Shown here piece after piece: positions 58,647-64,000 of a DNA stretch of 64,000 bases (the first letter of the stretch is position 1; every line of letters starts with the position of its first letter). A program made the position numbers and the translations under genes. Source of the DNA: Natator depressus (Eukaryota); the NCBI RefSeq assembly GCF_965152275.1, contig NC_134246.1:34404151-34468150 (forward strand), in the 5' to 3' direction. The notes below the pieces were generated by a model. The model searched no databases and was not told the DNA's origin. It saw only the letters and a list, made by a program, of their open reading frames with translations.

Positions 58647-60060
58647 GTGAGAGGGCCGTGGGGAGCCAGAGGGCTGGGAGTCAGGACTCCTGGGTTCTAT
58701 CCCTGGCTTGGGAGGGGAGTGAGGGTCTGGTGATTAGAGTAGAGGGGGCTTGGAGCCAGGACAGCTGGGTTCTGTTCTCATTAAGTGAATCACCCAGAGT
58801 TTCTCTGTTGCCTGATTGTGGCACTTCAACATTAACCAGTTTTTTGGTATTTAATTTCCTCGCTTTTTAAAAAGACAAGGTGACAGCCCTGAGAGAAAAC
58901 TTCCCCAATCCCCCTGGTTCCTTCCCTAGCAACGTTTAGCGACAGCAACTTTGGAGAAATGCTGCTTCAAGAGTCACATGACTCCAAGTTCTGGTGTGTT
59001 TAAGGGTGAAGTTGTTGTTTTTAAATGTAAGGAAATTTCAGATTAGTGTTGGTTTTATGCACACGCTCGTCAAAAAAATATTCAGTGCGATTTGAAACTT
59101 AACCTAAGATTTTTGGAGTGGAATTTCCTTGCTTTTTTTCTAAAAACAAACAAGAATTTTCTTTGTTTAAAAAGCAACCAAACTAACTCACAATTTTATT
59201 CTCTTTATAATCCAAGAATACTATACAAAATCCAACAATTTTTAGCTTTTTCTCATGGAAAATAGGACTTGAAATCAATCTCTATCACAAACATTCTATA
59301 TCCTTCCATTTTTTAAAAACCTCACACCCAATTTCCTGTATTTCTTGTAAAATCCTTTTCTTCCCTGTGGCAGGAGTAACTGAAGATGAGATTTTCTGGC
59401 ATGGAATTTCTTTGCTTTTTAAGGAAAACCATAACTTTTGTTCTCCTTCTCCCTGAAATTAGGGAAGTTAAATGCCGAAATCTAAGGTTAATGGTAACTT
59501 TATAGTCAGACATTTCCAACTAAGGCTAGTATAAAATCAAATACTTTTGTCAGATAATCTGCACTCACTTAGTTGGAGACTTTGCATGGATTTTAACCTT
59601 AATCTAAGATTTTTGGCATTCAGTTTTCTGCTTTTAAGAGCTAGGAGCGGGCTGTGGGAATCTTCAGCACTAACCGAGGTTCTTGGCCGAGAATTTCCTT
59701 GTTTGTTTGCAAGTGAAGTAGAAAATGATTGTGAGATTTAGCAGTAAATCTATACAGAGCTTTGGCAAAGGGGCCCCAGGCTTTGTTCCCCTCCCTGTAG
59801 CTCAAAATGGGGGGGACTGATTTCACCAGAATCCCACCCGAATACCCCCCTACCCTGAGCCCCGCTGCAGGAAAGGTTTTGGCCTGAAAGGAGTTGGTGT
59901 CTTCAAGTTACATGCCCCCCTCCCCCCCCCAATGGATCAAAGCTGGGGGAGGGAGGGGTTGGTCACCATAGGGTCTGGGGGGCTCAGAGGTTGGGATGGG
60001 GCCTTCTGGTACCCCCACATCCAGCCTTACCCCCCCCCCCTTGGTGTCTCTTCCTCCTAG

Positions 60061-60110
60061 ATATCCAATGACCCCAGCCCTGGCTATAACATCGAACAGA
60101 TGGCAAAGAA
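60061..60110 (+). CDS. OSGEP: OSGEP exon 5 (ISNDPSPGYNIEQMAK-K)
   Basis: Acceptor ttcctcctag|ATATCC, donor GAA|gtgagt, phase 2. Confidence 0.85.
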
Positions 60111-60317
60111 GTGAGTAGGACCAGCTCCGGGAGGGGAGTGGGGTCCAGGGAATTGGAGTGGGGCTGGGAGGCAGGACTCTGGGGTTATATCCCTGGCTCT
60201 GAGGGCAGTGGGATCTACTAGTTAGAGCAGTGGGAGGGGGCTGGGAGTCAGGACTCCGGGGTTATATCCCTGGCTCTGGGAGGGTCTAACAAAGTCTTCC
60301 CCTCCCCTCCCCCCCAG

Positions 60318-60396
60318 GGGACAAAAGTTGGTGGAGCTGCCCTACACAGTGAAGGGAATGGATGTGTCCTTCTCAGGGATCCTGTCCCACATAGAG
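60318..60396 (+). CDS. OSGEP: OSGEP exon 6 ([26 protein letters not shown])
   Basis: Acceptor cccccccag|GGGACAA, donor GAG|gtgagg. Confidence 0.85.
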
Positions 60397-60509
60397 GTGA
60401 GGAACCCAGAAGTCCTGGCTCCCAGCCCTTGCTCTACCCACTAGCCACCACTCCCCTCCCTGAGCTGGAAGGGATCCCAGGAGCCCTGAACCCTCTCTCT
60501 GCCCTGTAG

Positions 60510-60575
60510 GAGGTGGCTCACAAGATGCTGGCATCAGGAGAATGCACCCCAGAGGATCTCTGCTTCTCTCTCCAG
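60510..60575 (+). CDS. OSGEP: OSGEP exon 7 ([22 protein letters not shown])
   Basis: Acceptor gccctgtag|GAGGTG, donor CAG|gtgagg. Confidence 0.85.
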
Positions 60576-60639
60576 GTGAGGAACAGCCCAGCTCAGGGCC
60601 GGGAGAGCAGGGGCTGCAGGTTGAGAGTTACGAGCACCA

Positions 60640-60910
60640 TTCCTGGATATCAGAAGGTGGGGACTATGGGTTGGGAGTGAGAAGCACCATGGGAGCTGGG
60701 GAAGGGGGCTGAGAATCTGGAGTGAGGAGCACTATGGGAGCACTGAGGCCGGGGGGCTGCGGGTCGGGAGCGAGCAGCACTGAGGCCGGGGGGCTGCGAG
60801 TCGGGAGCGAGCAGCACTGAGGCCGGGGGGCTGCGGGTCGGGAGCGAGCAGCACTGAGGCCGGGGGGCTGCGGGTCGGGAGCGAGCAGCACTGAGGCCGG
60901 GGGGCTGCGC
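60640..60910. repeat. 39-bp minisatellite, ~5 units (gggctgcgggtcgggagcgagcagcactgaggccgggg), in OSGEP intron 7. Related to the 62-bp array downstream of the gene
   Basis: Seen in sequence. It gives artefactual ORFs on the minus strand at 60650..61151. Confidence 0.85.
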
Positions 60911-60930
60911 CGCCCCCTCTCTCCCCCCAG

Positions 60931-61021
60931 GAGACACTCTTCGCGATGCTGGTGGAGATTACGGAGCGGGCCATGGCGCACTGCGGCTCACAGGAGGCCC
61001 TCGTCGTGGGCGGTGTCGGCT
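60931..61021 (+). CDS. OSGEP: OSGEP exon 8 ([31 protein letters not shown])
   Basis: Acceptor ctccccccag|GAGACA, donor GGCT|gtacgt, phase 1. Confidence 0.85.
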
Positions 61022-61432
61022 GTACGTGCCAGGACCGTGGGGGGTGCGGGAAAGGATCACTGCATGGGAACCCTGACTTCCCCCTGTCCCTATACCTAGC
61101 CCCCCACTTGCCCCCTGCCTCCATCCTAGTGCGCCCAGCCTCCCCCCCCAACCCCCACTGGGTTTGCTGCCCTAGGGCAGGGGCTTTCTGGGCTCTCCCC
61201 CACAGTCCTGGCAGGCGCAGCCTGGGGCTGGTGCCCCAGGCTCAGCTGAGGCCATCGCAGCTTATGTCAATTATGACCTGGGACTGGGGTCTCAGCTTGA
61301 AACCTGCCCCCTCCCCAGGTGTCACCCACCCCACCCCAGCGTGTGCCCTCCCAGCTCTAATCCTGCCCCCTCCCCCAGTGTCCCCCCCAGCCTCTGCCTC
61401 CCCCCCAGCTCTAACCTTGTTCTCTTCCTCAG

Positions 61433-61508
61433 GTAACATGCGGCTGCAGGAGATGATGCAGATCATGTGTGCAGAGAGGGGAGCCAAGCTGTTTGCTACA
61501 GATGAGAG
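61433..61508 (+). CDS. OSGEP: OSGEP exon 9 ([26 protein letters not shown])
   Basis: Acceptor cttcctcag|GTAACATG, donor GAGAG|gtactg. Confidence 0.85.
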
Positions 61509-61959
61509 GTACTGACTGCCCTGCCCGTCAGCTCGCCCTGCAAAGCTAGGGTCCCAGCAACCCCTCAGCCTGCCTTAGCTTGGTGGGAGAGGTGGAATTA
61601 TCCCCTTAGACAGGCGCTCTGGGATTCCCCATGAGGATTCTGGACTATGGTGCTTTAGGGCATTGGCACCCCTACCCCAGAGTCGGGAGAGAACCCAGGA
61701 GTCCTGGCTCTCAACCCCCCTCCTCCCGTCTCTAACCACTAGACCAGGCCTGCACAACTTGTAAAGCGGCAAGGGCCATATTACTCCAAAGAAAACAGCT
61801 GAGGGCCGAACCCCCCAGCGCCGCCCTGCCGAAACAGCTGTGGGCCGAAAAGGAAGGGAGGGTGATAATTTAAAAAATTGTTTGATTTAATTGAAAAATT
61901 CTTAATAAAGTATTTTAATTTTTTTTAATGAATCATGGAATTTGGGTAGGGGGAGGAGG

Positions 61960-62260
61960 TCTGGGGTGCAGGGCCTGGGTTGGGGCAGGGGATTACGGTG
62001 TAGGACGGTTGAGAGGTTGGGCTCTGGGATGGAGTCTGGGGTGCGGGCTCTGGGATGGAGTCTGGGGTGCGGGCTCTGGGATGGAGTCTGGGGGCTGGGT
62101 GCGGGCTCCGGGCTGGGGCACAGGGTGGGGTGCAGGATGGGTGGAGGGACGCAGGCTCTGGGAGGGAGTTTGGGGGCAGGGGAGGGTGTGTGGGAAGAGG
62201 TGGGGGTGCAGGCTCTGGAAGGGAGTTTGGGGGCTGGAGAGGGGGTGGTGGGTGCTGGGG
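61960..62260. repeat. 33-bp minisatellite (gggctctgggatggagtctggggtgcg x3 perfect, then diverged units) in OSGEP intron 9
   Basis: Seen in sequence. Confidence 0.8.
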
Positions 62261-63012
62261 GCGGGAGGGGGGGACTGCCATCACATGTGGCTTCCTTCCT
62301 CCCCTGCTGCCTCTCACTGTAGCCTCACTGGGGGTGGGGGATGAGGCTACCCCTTCCCCAGTGTTGGGCAGGAGTGGTGGCTGGGGGGGCGGATCACAGG
62401 ATCAAACACTCACCGAAGCTCCAGCAGCTGCTCAGGTGAGTCACGGATCCACTCCAGATGTCTCCTGCCGCCGGAAGCCCCCTCGGGGTCTGGAGCTGGG
62501 GGAGGGGAGGGCTGCCAAGCATATGTGCCCCCTCGCTCTCCCCCTCCCCCTCCTGAGGTGCGGTAGCAGCAGCAGCAGCTGCCTCAGCCTGCTGCCGGCC
62601 TTGCTCTTGTGCTGTGCTGTAGTGGCCAGCAACGGAGGCAAGGGAAAGCCGTGCTGCTTTCACTAGGGCAGGGGTGCTCTGAGGGCAGGCGGAGGCCTGG
62701 GATGCTCCAGACAGGGCCGGGGGAGAGACCCAGCTCCAAACATTGGTGGAGCAGGGCTCCCAGCCCTGAAAATTCCTGGAGCCCAGGCACCACTAGAGGA
62801 TATAACTCGCTGCCCCTACTCACCCCCCATGAGCTGCACAGTGAGCCCACAGGGGCCGCATGTTGTGCAGGCCTGCACTAGACCCTACTCCCCTCCCAGA
62901 GTTGGGGATAGAACCCAGGGGTCCTGGCTCCCAGCACCCTGCTCTAACCACTAGCCCCCACGCCCCGCTGCCTGCAGGAGGTCTCATCTCCCTCCCCCAC
63001 CCCCATCCCCAG

Positions 63013-63111
63013 GTTCTGCATTGACAATGGGGCCATGATTGCGCAGGCCGGCTGGGAGATGTTCCGCACAGGGCAGGTGACGCAGCTAAAGGATTCATGG
63101 ATCACGCAGAG
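63013..63111 (+). CDS. OSGEP: OSGEP exon 10 ([33 protein letters not shown])
   Basis: Acceptor atccccag|GTTCTGC, donor CAGAG|gtagag. Confidence 0.85.
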
Positions 63112-63185
63112 GTAGAGAAGGGGGGAGTGGGGGGGGGGGAGGCCGCAGCAGTGGGGCAGCCCCCTGACACACTCTCCTCCCCACA

Positions 63186-63225
63186 GGTACCGAACAGATG
63201 AAGTGGAGGTGACCTGGCGCGATTA
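63186..63225 (+). CDS. OSGEP: OSGEP exon 11 (R-YRTDEVEVTWRD*)
   Basis: Acceptor ccccacag|GTACCG. The C-terminus matches human ...RYRTDEVEVTWRD. The product is 337 aa (human 335 as recalled). Confidence 0.9.
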
Positions 63226-63341
63226 ACCCCTTCCCTCCCACGCAGAGGATGGGCCCCAAAGCGGCTGCTGCGCCCAGCCTGCGCAGAGCAGGGCGTCCGC
63301 GGCTGGAGGGTCCCGCTGGCTGGAACTCGGCCCTAACACAC

Positions 63342-63347
63342 AATAAA
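63342..63347 (+). other. OSGEP polyadenylation signal AATAAA
   Basis: cacacaataaagacttcggcttttgtaac, 117 bp after the stop. Confidence 0.6.
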
Positions 63348-63479
63348 GACTTCGGCTTTTGTAACTGGGATTCCTTTCCTGAACCCTGGGGGCTGGGCAG
63401 GGAGCAGCTTCTGGGCCTGGCCCCAGCACCACAGCGGGCCCCACTCAGCCTGAAACCTGCCACTGGGGAAATGAGTTGG

Positions 63480-64000
63480 GGTACTCAGCCTGCCTTCCTA
63501 GTTACCATGGGCTGGGCTAGCATGGGCTGCAGGTCAGGACTGAGGGGTACCAGCAGAGTTTGGGGGGGGGGGGGGCAGGGCTGGGCTAGCAGGGGCCTGC
63601 GGGTCGGGAGTGAGGGGCACTGGCAGAACTGCGGGGAGGCAGGGCCTGCAGGTCAGGAGTAAGGAGTACCAGCAGCGCTGCGGGGGAGCCCAGGGATGGG
63701 CTAGGAGAGGGCTGCGGGTCGGGAGTGAGGGGCACCAGCAGAGCTGGTGTGGGGGCAGGATTCGGCTAGCATGGGCTGCAGGTCAGGACTCAGGCACTGG
63801 CAGAGCTGCGGGGGGCTGGGCTAGCAGGGGCTGCGGGTTGGGAGTGAGGGGCGCTGGCAGAGCTGGGGGTGGGGGGGCCAGGGGCTGCAGGTCAGGAGTG
63901 AGGGGCGCTGGCAGAGCTGGGGAGGCAGGACAGGGCTGGGTAGCAAGGGACTGCAGGTTGGGAGTGAGGGGCACTGGCAGAGCTGGTGCGGGGGCAGGGC
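63480..64000. repeat. ~62-bp minisatellite, at least 8 units (gggctgggctagcaggggctgcgggtcgggagtgaggggcactggcagagctgcggggg), downstream of OSGEP and running off the window edge
   Basis: Seen in sequence. Confidence 0.85.

Noticed and set aside
14355-64000. Tandem repeats considered as possible CRISPR arrays
   Set aside because: This is a eukaryotic sequence with introns, LINEs and SINEs. The arrays are contiguous imperfect units without unique spacers or cas genes. They are minisatellites and microsatellites.

Overview
This is vertebrate nuclear DNA, not a prokaryotic locus. The repeat content is that of a sauropsid, probably a turtle. The left half (1-32.7 kb) is a gene-poor, repeat-saturated intergenic region. 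It contains tandem and nested CR1 LINEs, including a near full-length copy with an esterase-domain ORF1 and an EN+RT ORF2. It also holds two hAT-derived elements, one with long terminal inverted repeats and a decayed transposase. Other content: a ~0.83-kb non-autonomous repeat family with 5 copies (two as an inverted pair that splits a CR1 copy), a 1.1-kb higher-order tandem duplication built on a ~44-bp satellite, a tRNA-Pro(CGG)-derived pseudogene decayed by CpG to TpG, and an unidentified ORF pseudogene. The right half (32.7-63.3 kb) is a conserved four-gene block: PNP (purine nucleoside phosphorylase, minus, 6 coding exons), PIP4P1/TMEM55B (plus, 7 exons), APEX1 (AP endonuclease 1, minus, 1 non-coding and 4 coding exons) and OSGEP (KEOPS tRNA t6A enzyme, plus, 11 exons). 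PNP/PIP4P1 and APEX1/OSGEP are both head-to-head pairs, and the order is inverted relative to human 14q11.2. Exon/intron models were built by hand from the ORF track, GT-AG splice sites and recalled human protein sequences. The translated products are 294, 284, 318 and 337 aa. The gene block is riddled with C-rich minisatellites that produce long spurious proline-rich ORFs. It also carries tRNA-derived SINE fragments, a Penelope-like retroelement (RT + GIY-YIG) with inverted ~270-bp terminal repeats carrying hammerhead-ribozyme-like motifs in PNP intron 3, and a 266-bp MITE. Both divergent promoters are built around CACGTG E-box clusters: CLEAR-like TCACGTGA sites upstream of PIP4P1, and a periodic GTCACGTG array between APEX1 and OSGEP next to a CCAAT-box tandem repeat. 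No CRISPR, rRNA or functional tRNA was seen. I found no novel system beyond these regulatory and repeat architectures. Coordinates were hand-indexed and may be off by 1-3 bp.
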